Shown here: piece by piece, positions 21,582-34,305 of the stretch
How positions within the stretch are numbered: the first letter of the stretch is position 1
How the letters are laid out: each line of letters starts with the position of its first letter
DNA from: Podarcis vaucheri
Taxonomy: Eukaryota
Length of the DNA: 64,000 nucleotides
Strand: one strand, 5' to 3'
Assembly (NCBI GenBank): GCA_965113315.1
Contig: OZ220379.1
Made by a program: the position numbers and the translations under genes
The notes under the pieces: generated by a model
The model's database searches: none
The model's input: the letters and a program-made list of their open reading frames with translations, nothing else
Told to the model about the DNA's origin: nothing

Positions 21582-24500
21582 TGTCATTTCGCCAGCAGTT
21601 TGTGAGTTTTTCAACAACAATAAAAGGCCTCGTGAAAATTCGTAAGATATTTTGACATATTTCTCTTAATATAAGCTTGGATGGTGACTTGTACGCCTCC
21701 TTCTGACAACTCCTGCAGCCACGCTAGTGCCAAATGTATCGTTCAGGTTTCTTTTGGATCACATCAGCGAGGCCAAGGTGGGGGTGGGGGGAACCCAGGA
21801 CCTCCATACATACTGTCCAGGCTTGCACCCCAGAGAGGTCACTGCAAATTCAGAAAAGGCAACAGGGCTGGTAGCAGCTACAAGTTACTGCTCTCTGCAG
21901 CCACAGCAGGCACTGTGATTCTCCAGCAGTTTGACTTCACCCCCAGACGTAAACTCCATTGTCTTTAGATACAGATGGATACCAAGAAGAAGACATTTCT
22001 GCTACCTAATGCCTAATGTAACACATGGGTTTTGGTTTTGTTTACTAATATTTGTATTTTCATGCAAATTCCCCCAATATATGAATCTGAGGGCTGCAGA
22101 AATCCACAGCAGCATTCAGACTGGTAGGAACTTTGAAGGACGGCTGCATTTTGGTTCACATATTGTTTTGGGAAGTCTAAACTAGGTTAGTATTAAGAGG
22201 TGATCTCAAATGAATTTCTTCTTTACCTCTACCTATTAAAACCAAAGGATGAAAACAAAAAAGTTAAAGAAAATTATTATATATGTTTCCCTATCCTGTG
22301 ACTTCTGAAATGGCTCCACTCCTCATGAAGCCTCAGGTGCATGAGGAAACGACTGTTTGACACAAGTGATCTTGCATTATGATTTTGAAGAGTGGAAAGG
22401 TGCAGACACAGATGGAGGTTATTTGCAGAAGCATCTCTGGAAGGGAGAGAGAAGAATGCAAGGGTTCTCTGAACATATATATTGCCCTGTGGGAAGAGAA
22501 GGTTCCTAGACTGGCGATGCTGTAAAAGATTGATAACTCCTGAGCTCTTTGACAATCAAATTCAGCTGGGAGAGGAAAAATAAAACCAGTTACATATATG
22601 AAAAGAAACTCCAGGCAAGTTTGGACCCTGGGATTCAAATTCAGCCCCCCTCAGAAGTTCAAAGGAGTCTGAAATTCAAAGTTCTGGTGGGAGTCCAACT
22701 CACGTTTAAGCAAAGTTTTTGCAAGCATGATTTCAACCCTAATGGGGATGGGGGGGGGGCTTTCATTCCAGCCTTAAAGTTTCTAATTTCATTTTATGCT
22801 TTGCCCCTGGCTTCGCCTCTGCTCCCTTTTGCACTGAGTTATGCTTCCTCTTGATCACCAGAAACGAGGCTGAAATAATAAATCTACATTAAGGAATCAG
22901 ATGAAACAGAAACGAAAAAACAAAATAATAAAAAGAGGTACAGTGACTAATAAAAGAACCAAGAGCACAGTGTTCATTAATTAGAAGTCAGCATGGACAC
23001 CAGTAAATCAGACTGGAGAGAGAGAGAGAGGCCTAGATAAATGGAATGAACCTCACCTGTCCTTTGTAACGCAATATGCTATTAACAAAAGAACGTATAT
23101 ATCACAGGCGTGTTTGCGCATTTCTCATACCTTTGATAGAACATCTTGAATTAGTAGCAGGCATGCGCATCTGCTAAGTGGTGTATTGTTACTCAAATGA
23201 ACATTTTCAGGCTTCCTTGCCTTTCTCTATTTTAAACGCATTTCGCAGTCAGACTACAGGTCAGCCTCCAAAAATTGGTCCCAGATTGTCCGAGCCTGAT
23301 TGAAATGCTGACATAGAAACTGTGGAAAGGTTATCATAGCTGTGCAAGTTGATAATGCTTTGGACGTGGGGCGTTCAGAGCTTGCTTCCCCCCACCCACC
23401 CAGGAGAGCATGACAACATTTGGAAACGGGCTGGACATACTAGATTTAAAGTTCACATTTGGCAGGTTCTGCCGGAGTCAACTTTGGCAAGCGCAGCATA
23501 ATAAACAAAAGGGGCATTTGCTTTAATTATATTTTTAAAAAAATATAGCTCCATGCAGCTTAAAGGGCTCGGTGCGGAGAGAAAAGCCTAATGTTTGTTT
23601 GCCCACTTTCATTTGGGGGTGTGGGGAGGGAGGGAGGGGACCTGGTTTATACAAACGAGCTTTGTTTTAATTAGTGTGCAGGCAGCCCCTTCTTTTTGAC
23701 TCTGGGTGTTTCAATTGTCTGGGACTCCCTCTGCTAAAACTGCTCCTTAGAAGAGAAACTCCATGCACAGATGCAAAGAAAAGGACTAGCCGGTGACTCT
23801 GCTCTGAATAGGGATGGGTGTTTTTTTTAAAAAAAAATAATAAAATAAAATAGGGGAAGAAAAAAAATCCAGACAGCCTCTGCAGAGCTGTCCACAGGGA
23901 GTGAGTTGTAGAGCTATTATTACTTGAATGGTGTTCAGCTCCAGAGCAATGTCCCTCCCAAGGTTAACAAGATAGGTCAGTTAAAAATAACATTAAATAA
24001 GGGGGTGGAGGGCAAGGAGAAGCCCGGCATTTAAATAACGCCAACAGTGTGGCTTAAACATGACAAAAGCCAGGAAATTCAAAGGTAAGGCTAAAGCTTC
24101 ATCCCCATATCATGCCCATTGTTGAGAGGAAAGGAAAGCACAAAGGGGTGAGCAGAGAATGAAGTGCCAGCCAGAACTGCAAATTTCCTGGTTTTTGTCT
24201 GGCTGAGCCAGACCCTTCACATTATTTAAGCAGAGGGGGGCTTAATAATGTCTTTCATGCATGCACACCACACACACACACACAGTATTAAGTGCACACC
24301 ATTCTGAAGCCCTCTCTGGGTGCAATGTAAATAAGTGTGACTTTACATTTTTACACGGCAATGGGGGAAAAAATCCCACAATATTTTATATTCGCTGCTC
24401 CAAATAATTGTGAGCTGTCTTGTTTGTTCTAAAGATTTCACAATCCTTGGGAACCTGTTTGTTACTTAGGGACACCAGAGGCAAGTGAGACCAATGGCTT

Positions 24501-24777
24501 CTCTAGCTCAGAAGTGTCTACTGCAGGGTTGCCAGACGCCCAGAATTTTGGCAAAATGTCCTGAATTTTACTTCTAGAGATATAGCAATCCTAGACTGGA
24601 ACCAGCTTTCGGGGGTTTCAGATGGGGATTCCTGCCCAACCCCAGACCTACCAGGAGATGCCAGCAAATGACTTACAACTGAGCCATGGCTCTTCCTCTA
24701 TTGCTGAGCTCCATAGTTCTGTGTTGTGCCAATGTGTGAATGGAGCTGCGTGCAAGCAGTGGATTTTGGGAGATCCA

Positions 24778-24841
24778 GAAGAAGAAGAAGAAGAAGAAGA
24801 AGAAGAAGAAGAAGAAGAAGAAGAAGAAGAAGAAGAAGAAG
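24778..24841. repeat. (GAA)n microsatellite, about 21 units
   Basis: Direct reading. Confidence 0.97.
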
Positions 24842-25425
24842 CAAAAGAAGAAGCTATTGTTTATATGCCACCACTCTGACTAGATTGCCCCAGTCACTCT
24901 GGACAGCTTCCAGCAAATCAAAACACCATAAAAACTACAAACGTGGCAGTCCTAGGTGTGTAGGGACTTCACATCTTAATAGGGGGGGGGGATATAAAAT
25001 TACTTCCTGTATCTGTTCGTGACTTGTATCTAAGGTACTTTTGGTCTTCCTGATGGCAGACTGTGCTCAAAACATGGATACTTACTGTCCAGAAGAGCAT
25101 GAGGGCATGTAGGCAGTGTGAATACAGTCACTGAACTTTTCTCCATTTGGGCTCAACCTGCCATTATTGTGGAAAGGAGAAACAGCAACTTGTGACCAAA
25201 ACCATCCTATCAAACAGCACCTATACCTCGGGAAATGATAGGTGCCGAAAGGTCTATATATTCCCAAGTAACATATAGACCAAACACTTCAGGATGTAGT
25301 GGTGGAACTACTGGTCGATAATAATTTTTACATTGCTTGTACGGTAGTCCCACTTGCTGTGGCATCTAGGAAGCTACCTTCTTGTTTTATTAAAAACATT
25401 GGTAGGTCTAACATAGAAACTATGG

Positions 25426-25560
25426 CAGGGGTAGCCAACATAGGTTCCTCCAGTTCCTGTGGATTGTAACTACCCTCATCCCTGGCCATTGGCCATGTTG
25501 GCTGAGGCAAATGGGAACTGTAGTCCACAGCAATTGGAGAGCACCATGTTGGTTACCCTG
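25426..25560. mobile_element. Small hairpin hAT MITE
   Basis: TIRs CAGGGGTAGCCAACAT / ATGTTGGTTACCCTG. TSD AACTATGG / GACTATGG. Confidence 0.8.
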
Positions 25561-26144
25561 GACTATGGCATTCCAGCTGGTGCTTTATGTAATTTTGTTT
25601 CTGTTGAGGTGTTTATCCCATGGCAACAGATTTCGAAACTGCGACTGAATGACGTGCCCAAATCCACCCAATTCTCAGGCATGTTCTGAAAGCTGCACTC
25701 ATTTCAACAGAGTATGGTTCCAAAGAATTGTGCTAAGGATTACAAGCATGCAACCAGATCTTATGTGTGAGCTCTAGAAGAAAGGCTCATGTGATTCAAT
25801 GGGACTTGCTCCCAATTAAGGGTGCCTAGGATTGCATCCAAGAACCCCAGACCACACTTGTTCTTGGAAATGCTAATCCTTGCACGCAAGTTTAAATATA
25901 GTATTTGACAAATGTGGTTGTTATAATAAAAATGCTTAAAAGAGAGGGATATATATATATTTGCCTTTGCCTAAAATCAGTTCCCTATGGCTAAAGCACA
26001 ACTCCTAGATATAAGGCTTTTATAAGCCAAATAGCTAACTTGTAGAAAGGCAAAGAGCTGGGGCTCATTTTTAAAAACCCATAACCTAACAAGATTGCAG
26101 TTTCTTTCCAATCCCATTTTAAGTGTACGTATCTGATATAAAAG

Positions 26145-26492
26145 GGACGCGGGTGGCTCTGTGGGTTAAACCACAGAGCCTAGGACTTGCCAATCAGAAG
26201 GTCGGTGGTTCAAATCCCCGCGATGGGGTGAGCTCCCGTTGCTCAGTCCCTGCTCATGCCAACCTAGCAGTTCAAAAGCAAGTCAAAGTGCAAGTAGATA
26301 AATAGGTACCACTCTGGCAGGAAGGTAAATGGCGTTTCTGTGCGCTGCTCTGGTTTGCCAGAAGCGGCTTTGTCATGCTGGCCACATGACGCGGAAGCTG
26401 TACGCCGGCTCCCTCGCCCAATAGAGCGAGATGAGCGCGAAAACCCCAGAGTCGGCCATGACTGGACCTAATGGGGTCCCTTTACCTTTACC
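26145..26492 (+). mobile_element. Sauria SINE, full length
   Basis: Perfect 15-bp TSD TATCTGATATAAAAG at 26130-26144 and 26493-26507. Confidence 0.95.
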
Positions 26493-27268
26493 TATCTGAT
26501 ATAAAAGACCCTGAAGGATCGCAAGCCAGATCTGCCATGGAGTCCTGGCCAGTATGAGAACAGTGCATTAGGAGCATCTCACTTCCCTTTTAGAACCGCA
26601 TTGCTAGCATTCTAAAGAGATATCCATCCTGGCTGGACCAAGACAGTTTGCTGCCTGAGTCTGGTGATCAAATGACACCCTGTTCCCCCTAGGGAAGTCA
26701 AGGTGCAAAATTCCCAAGACCAACCAAGTTCTTTGGTCAACTGAGGCAGAAAAACCCACAAGTACCTCTCCCACTCCCTGGAAGCAAAAAACCACAATAA
26801 TTGCGAATTAAATAACAAATTGTTGTCCTTCCAAGACAGGCAAATTCTGCTGCCTCAGGCAAGTGCCTCATAATGGGATGAATGAACAAGCGCCTGTACA
26901 TTGCCTTTTGTGCTAAAGGCAATTTTAGAAGGGCTGCATGTTCACTTTTAGATGGATCGATTGGCATATTCCTGTAATCCAGCTAGAAAATTAATGCTTG
27001 TCCTATAAGAAGCAGTAAGGATGTGCAGTTGTGCCAAAATGCAGTTAGGCAAAATTAAAATTGGCTGAACAACTCTGAGAAAGGAAAATTCCATGAGAGC
27101 TTATGGCTATAGCAAAATCACTGGCTACTAAGGAGAAATCATTGGCCCCAGGACCTACTCCTTCCCCTTGAAATATGTGAATATTGAATTATCCTATATG
27201 TATGATGGAACCTCCCTAATGCCATACAATGTTTTAATAAGTGCTGTAAATGTCTACATGTATGACAA

Positions 27269-27650
27269 AGGACACGGGTGGCACTGTGCTCTAAACCACT
27301 GAGCCTCTTGGGCTTTAAGATAAGAAGGTCGGAGGTTCGAATACCCACAACAGGGTGAGCTCCCGTTGCTCAGTCCCAGCTCCTGCCAACCTAGCAGTTT
27401 GAAAGCATGACAGTGGAAGTAGATAAATAGGTACGGCTGCGATGGGAAGGTAAACAGCATTTCCTTGTGCTCTGGCACTTGTCACAATGTCCTGTTGTGC
27501 CAGAAGTGCTTTAGTCATGCTGGCCACATGACCCGGAAAGCTGTCTGTGGACAAACAGCGGTTCCCTCAGCCTGAAGCAAGATGAGTGCCACACCCCATA
27601 GGTGCCTTTGACTGGACTTAACCATCCAGGGGTCCTCTACCTTTTTACCT
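27269..27650 (+). mobile_element. Sauria SINE, second subtype
   Basis: Head, B box GGTTCGAATACC and ACCTTT tail. Confidence 0.92.
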
Positions 27651-27658
27651 TACTTGTA

Positions 27659-27900
27659 CAGTGGTACCTCGGGTTAAGAACTTAATTCATTCTGGAGGTC
27701 CGTTCTTAACCTGAAACCATTCTTAATCTGAGGTACCACTTTAGCAAATGGGGCCTCCCACTGCCGTCGCACTGTCAGCACATGATTTCTGTTCTCATCC
27801 TGAGATAAAGTTCTTAACCCGAGGTATTACTTCCAGGTTAGCAGAGTCTGTAATCCAAAGTGTTTGTAACCCGAGGTGTTTGTAACCCAAGCTACCACTG
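27659..27900. mobile_element. Tigger-like MITE, family A
   Basis: TIR CAGTGGTACCTCGGGTTA / TAACCCAAGCTACCACTG with a TA TSD. Confidence 0.9.
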
Positions 27901-29949
27901 TATTACAGACATCAGTGCTGCGTCCAGCTAGAATCATCCTTCCAATGACTCTAGCACGAAACCAGAAAGGGTGGAGAGGAGAGACCATTTGTGTGGATTT
28001 AGATTGTGCCATCCATATTGATCCTACTTGTTCCTTAACTAATGTTCATCCACAAATTCACATGTACTTGCCCATGCTCAATATATGTGTTATTATGCAG
28101 GCATGAATGTTTATGTCCATAGAACGAAATTTTAATTCACTATAATTCAAAAGTTGTCGTCTTTTTGGCCAACATATTGCAATATTCTTAAATATCTCCC
28201 CATTTTAATTTGGCGCACACTGGGTTGAATGGGGCCACTTCAGTCTTTACTGCTGTGGTTTGAGATGAAGGGCTCTGCTGTGATGTCCCTAAGTGACACT
28301 GGGGACTCAGTCATTTGATGTTGAAAGTTTAGATTCTTTCATTGTTAATTCCTTCTCCCTGCCTCTGGAAATATACACTTAAGCACCATACAGTATGTTT
28401 TCATGAACTGACATTACACCTTCCTTGCTTGCACACACACAACCATAACTGATAATATCGGCCTCTTCTGGTTTTTGTTTCATCCAGTCCAATTTACAAT
28501 ATGCCTTCACGAAACTCCTGGCAGAAATCAATGTGAGTACAAAAATATTAAAAACTCACTACACTGACTAGGGCTGTATTACTTTGGTATACAGACTGGG
28601 GGTGGGTGGTCATGTGATTAAATGATTCCCCCTTGTCTCAAATTTCCTCTTTGTGCAGGCCAGGAAAAACCTAGTGGCATTGCCTTCTCTTTGGTATGCT
28701 AACTATAGCCAACTCGCTACAAGTATATCATGCTGCCTGCTCATTCATTACTCCTTTGTATTGTAAGGAGCTTTGAAGTTCAACCTGATTTTCAAGCAGC
28801 CAGGCTTTTGCCCAGATCTCATGTTACTTATTGAAATAGTTCCTTTTTCACTTTTTCGGCATCGGTTTTCACATGGTGAGCATCTCGTTTTAGGACTGGA
28901 AAACCTGCTCTTTCCTATAAGAGAAAAAAAATCCACTGAAATCCACAACTCATCTGAACATGACAAACACCAAATGCCAGCAAGTGAGAGCACAGCTGAA
29001 CTGAAATACTCACCATACAAAACTGACGCACACTAAAATTGTCCCAGGAAAAAGTAAGCACATCAAAAAGTAACATGAGAATCAGGCCAATGAGTGGCTT
29101 AGGGGTATAATTAAAATCCTGCAGGTGGAGATATTATGAACCAGAGTCATGACAGCTCTTTTTGAGGGTCTTGAAGCAAATTAGCTTTGAATGATTGCAA
29201 ACAAACATCTTTGAATATGCTGCTGAGTATCCCATGAGTGATGTTAGTGCAAGTTGAGCTATTACTCATACCTTCATCACAAAGGTGTAATTCGAACTTT
29301 TGATAAATAGCCCAGTATCATTTGATTTCACACGTATATTTGCTTTAAAAGTAACTAAAATGAACATTCCTCTAAAATAATACAACCTTTTGGTTGAAAT
29401 CCAATGCTGTGCCATCTGCCTAAATTGGGATCCCACACCCGTATCAGCTAACCCAAAGTAACTCAGGCTGTAACAGAAGCTGAAATATCTCCAACAACAG
29501 AGAACCACGCAAAAGTAGTTCCTACAGTGTCATATTAAGAGCAATCATAGTCACAGGAGCCAAGAAATGTTTTTAGCTCCTTTATCATCACATGCTATAC
29601 CAAGCCCATTCACACACTCAACAAACAAGTGAAACTCAGGAAGTGGGATAGCTCCCTGTTACTCTCTATATTTTACATAACATCTAAAGAGCTTGCAGAT
29701 AAATATATTTCAACATTACAACACTAGATAATGTACTCCTAACCCCCCCTCCCCCCCAAAAAAAAATCAAGGGGCAAGCTGCAGTGCTTTGATCATCAGG
29801 ATGAGAATGGGGGCAGTACAATGTGGTGGCAATGAGATCAAGGAAACTCTGGGTTGAAGCCACCCTACAGATCTCCAGTCTGGCCCTGCCCCATTTCTGT
29901 CCCTATGAGCTCAGCGCCACTGCTGCCAGGAAGGATCCATTAACATGCC

Positions 29950-30450
29950 TGTCAGGCATGGAGAGTCATCCGCTCCCTTCAGTAACTTCACAGATAAGAA
30001 TGAACAAGCAGTTGATATATTTATAGTCCTTTTATTACAGCATCATGTTGTGAGCACAAATACACAGCTCTCTGCAAGGGGTGCAGTTGGCTAGTTAATC
30101 CTCCTTCCAACTTCTGCTGCATTTTGGGCGCCAACGGAAAGTTCCCCCCTCCCTCTGACTCCTTTGCTCTCTGATATGTTCGGACCTCCGAGTCCGTGGT
30201 GAGGGGGGTCTCCCCACACTCTCCAGAGACATCTCAACTAGCTGCCCCCTCCATTCTGGTTCTGTTGTCATTATATTATAATTGGGTAACTCCTCCCTAA
30301 GCTGTTCAGTTTTTTTCTCTCTCTCTGCCACTGAACACGCTGTGGACAAGGGGGGGGGCGACTCTTCCCCCTCTAGCTCTCCATCGGAGAGAAGCTGCTC
30401 TGTCATAGAATGCATTCCTCCAGTTCTCATCTTCAGACCATTCTCTGACA
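29950..30450 (-). mobile_element. Solo LTR (probably Gypsy-type), 501 bp
   Basis: Termini TGTCAG...CTGACA. 5-bp TSD ATGCC at 29945-29949 and 30451-30455. AATAAA on the minus strand at 30031-30036. Confidence 0.7.
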
Positions 30451-32751
30451 ATGCCTGATCCAGCACTGAAAACCCACAATGCAACTGGAAAAGACATGCA
30501 TTATAGTTGCAGCCCTTTGGGCCATGGAGCAATTGGTATGCAATTGGCCTTTCTCATTCAATCAGTCCATTTTGACATGAAACTAAATTTCCCACCGTCT
30601 CTAGAATTCTATCAAAAAGCACTTGCATGCCATTCCTCAGGGAGAGCCAAATCAAACATGACTCCACCTGTCCCAAATCAAAAGAAAAGTCACGGGGACA
30701 GAATACCTTTCCATCTTAAGGGTTATGTGAATGAGACGTTATTTAGTGATGGTGAATACAGTTCCATTCACTTCTTCGTGAAGAGGCATGGAATAACCTT
30801 TGAAGAGGACACTAAGGAGATGTGTGCTGCATTGCTGCAAACCAAGAGCCAGAAGGGATATGAATTACTAGACATATCATCTAATGACACACCACTTAAT
30901 TCTTCATGCTTGGAACTGCAGAACTGAAGGTGTCCAAGTATAAAGGGAAATAATATATGCATAAGGTGCTGTCAGCTGTGAAAAATAGCCCTGATCTATT
31001 TTTCTCAAAAGAAAATGTTGAGATTTTTATTTTATTTTAATTTTTCTAAAAACACACACACAAAAACCACAACACATTATTGTACAGTATAAGGCAGATA
31101 AGAATCAGGACTGCTTTACATTTTTGGACAAATAGGTGTGCACAAGAACCGGGAGATGCCTTCACTTTTTTTGTGTGGGTTGGAAACAATCCTATGTTCC
31201 CTAGAATGGCAACTGAAGGTGCTGTAGACCTCCCTAACCAGGGGCAGAGAGTGAGGTCCAGCACTGGGGGGCTCTCCAGGGCAGCAGGAGAAAGCCATCA
31301 TCACTATTCCTCTGACAGTTCTGTCACACTGGGATCAGAAATGGGGCATGTTCGGTGTTCCACAAAAACACAATCTCCACCCAGAACCAATGCAGCCATT
31401 AAGCAGAATGAGGCTCCCAACTCAGGCAGTAGAAGCCCCTAAGGCAGAGCCCCCCTGTCCTGTAACTTCCACTGCTGGAACAGAAGTAGCAGCAGCTCTG
31501 GTTTTGGGCAAGCTCTTGCCAATTTCGGGCAAGGTCTCTTGTGCAGCATGAGAGCTCTCACCCCAAATCAGTGAGATCTCACCTGAAATCAGCACCGATG
31601 CTGGCATTGCTTCTCTGCCAGTCACAGAGGCGGCAGGATGGGCATTCACCACCCCACCAGGTCACATGATTCAATTGAACAAATTCTGAAATAGTGGCAA
31701 TTATCCTCACCCTCCAAAACACCCCCTTTGGGATGGAGGACATACCTCTGACTGAGCTGGGATGAGGGACTTCAGCTGGTCTAACCCTTGTTGAGCTGGC
31801 AGAGCTGGAGATTCTCCAATTCCAGTCTCCGCTCATCCCAGGGAATCTTGGGTTTGGATTGCTCCCGAACTTAAGTTGGATCAAAGCCATGATACGGACA
31901 TTCTCAGACTTTATGAGGCAGGACCCTCCAGAGATAGCTTGCAACAGCAGGGTCAGATGACAAAATAAAGGTCAACAGTTCACCGCCTGCCCCAAACTAG
32001 GAAATGGCAGCTTAGTAATCAATGCTACTTCGAGATACAGTAAGGATCTATCATATTACAGTGTAATATCCTAGTTCCTTGTTTCCTTTTTGCTTGACAT
32101 GTTTGAAAAGGTTTAGTTAGAAAATGTAGTTAAAAATAGATGTTATGAGCACCTTTGGTGGAGAAACCAGCTCTGTGGTTGTACGAAGCATTTGTGCACA
32201 GTAACAAATGATACACAACCCTGATGACATAAGGCCGGATCAACTCTCTTTTCTGGACCTTAGTTCTGGATAATTCATAGCATTGCTTTTGTTGGCGATG
32301 GCACTATTCATTTCTAGTTACTTTCTTGAAATCCTCTTAAACATTCATAAGACTGGCTGGGTGGGACTTGTATATCACTAGTATCATGCACTGGCTACAT
32401 TAGAAAGTTTGAATACGTACGTGATTGTACAAAGGGGTTCAAGTGCCAAACAACAACAACTGATTATTTGTTTTAGAGAGGCTTGGCTCCCTGATTGGCA
32501 GCCTTAACTAGTGAGAATCTTATTGAGAATCTCAGATTAGAAAAGCGATGCACAGTATATTTGCCAACAGTCATCCCAGGGCACTAAGTATTGCTCCTTA
32601 AGAACAATGGCTGTAGGTAGTATAGTTTAGAAGAGCTTTCTCATTTTTCTTAAGCCTGATGTAGGAGAGGCTGAAAAGTCTTCAGCTTTGCTTTTGAACA
32701 CTGGGGGGAGCCATGTTCAGCTCTGAAGAAACTCCTACTTCTTGTTCAGTG

Positions 32752-32753
<2 letters not shown>

Positions 32754-32797
<44 letters not shown>
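32754..32797. repeat. (GA)n microsatellite
   Basis: Direct reading. Another tract is at about 35418-35452. Confidence 0.95.
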
Positions 32798-32801
<4 letters not shown>

Positions 32802-33954
32802 TGTCACCTTGGCTGAAGAATGGACATCTTGAGATGAGAAATACACAAAGTAGAACCTAATTGATAGGAGCCACTCAGGCAGTTTCTAGAGCTACCAGCT
32901 CATCTAGATGAAGAGAGATAGACTGTAGCTTCCCTGCACACATGAATTCATTTAAATGTGTGCTGATATAAAAAAAATCCCATGATAAGGCGGGGGGGGG
33001 GAGAACGTCAAAGTGGCAAATCTAAAATAGGTGTGAAGATTAATAATGTCAAGGGGGAGGGGGGAATGACAACTTAATGAAAGCCAGAGACAAAAATAGG
33101 GTGAAACAATGAATGCAAATTTTACCTTTGTACAGGATTTTACCTTCTACGCAAATTTTGCCTTCTATACTCTCTCTACTCCCAGCTCAGTCCACACAAA
33201 CAACACACATAGAGTTCAAGGGCACAATCTACTCATGCAGTAGTACCTGAGGTGCAAAGCAGGTCTGGCAAAAGGTGCAGAGCTGTCTTAAGCATATGTG
33301 GCACCGGGGTGCAAAGATTCGCCTGGCGCCTCCCCTCCCGGTTGCTCAGTCCAGGTGCACAGGAGGGCAGAGCCAGCCAACCACCTTAGCGTCTCGATGC
33401 CCCCAAACTCACAGTGCAGAGCTGCCCGCAGCAGAAAAGCCCACTATGGCACTCTGACCAACTGATGGGAGGGCAGGCTCTTCCCCAGACTCAACTCTTG
33501 GGCCCCGGACTCTCGGCCGGTTGCCCCTGAGAGCCCGGCGCCTGGGTGCCCTGCACCCCCAGCACCTATGGGTAAGACAGCCCTGAAAAGGTGCATCCTG
33601 GCAGAGACTACATTTGGCACATGGAAGACTACAATTGGCACCCAGTTCGCCATAGCCTGCTCTGTAACATGCCAAATGGGGCACGGGGCTGGTTTTCCTT
33701 CTATGACTGCTCCAAGAACATCCAGAGTTGGGCCGCATACACAGTATACCTCTTTGAAGCATTTTCAAAGGACATTTTTCACTTCAAAGAATTGTAAACT
33801 AGGAACTGCAACCGTGTGAGGGATGAACTACGGTGCCTAAAACTCCAGCACAGGGTAGGGTGAAATCGGCACCAATGCTGGCACTGATTCTCTGCCAGTG
33901 GCGGAGGCGGCAGGATGGGCAGCATAGATGGCAGTGGCAGGGCAACCGCCCCAG

Positions 33955-34305
33955 ATCTTGAGATTATCAACTGAGGCCCTTTTTCATGTCCCCCCCCCCT
34001 TTATGAGAGGTCCTGAGGGTGGTAACATGAGAATGGGCCTTTTCTGCTGTGGCTTCCCATCTGTGAACTGCTCACCTGAGGGAAGATTACCTGGAGCCTT
34101 CGTAACTCATCTTTAGGCACCAGGCAAAACTGTTCCTCTATAACCAGGCCTTTGGGCTGATTCCCGTTCAGTGGCCTTTTAAATGTGCTTGTGGGAGGGA
34201 GATTATTGGTTTTGTTATGTATTTTGTATTTTCATTTTGTATTTTTATGCTGTGGACTTCCCTGCAATGTTCAAATGAAGGGTAGTATACAAATTTAATA
34301 AATAA
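33955..34305 (+). mobile_element. Old L2-type LINE 3' end
   Basis: Degenerate AFSAVASHL*-like coding end, a T-rich 3'UTR and a GTATACAAATTTAATAAATAA tail. Confidence 0.6.

Noticed and set aside
24622-25022. Poly-Glu and poly-Arg ORFs
   Set aside because: Translations of a (GAA)n microsatellite.
28790-29030. Minus-strand acceptor (TTTTTCTCTTATAG) and donor-like sites
   Set aside because: No recognisable peptide and no convincing paired donor.
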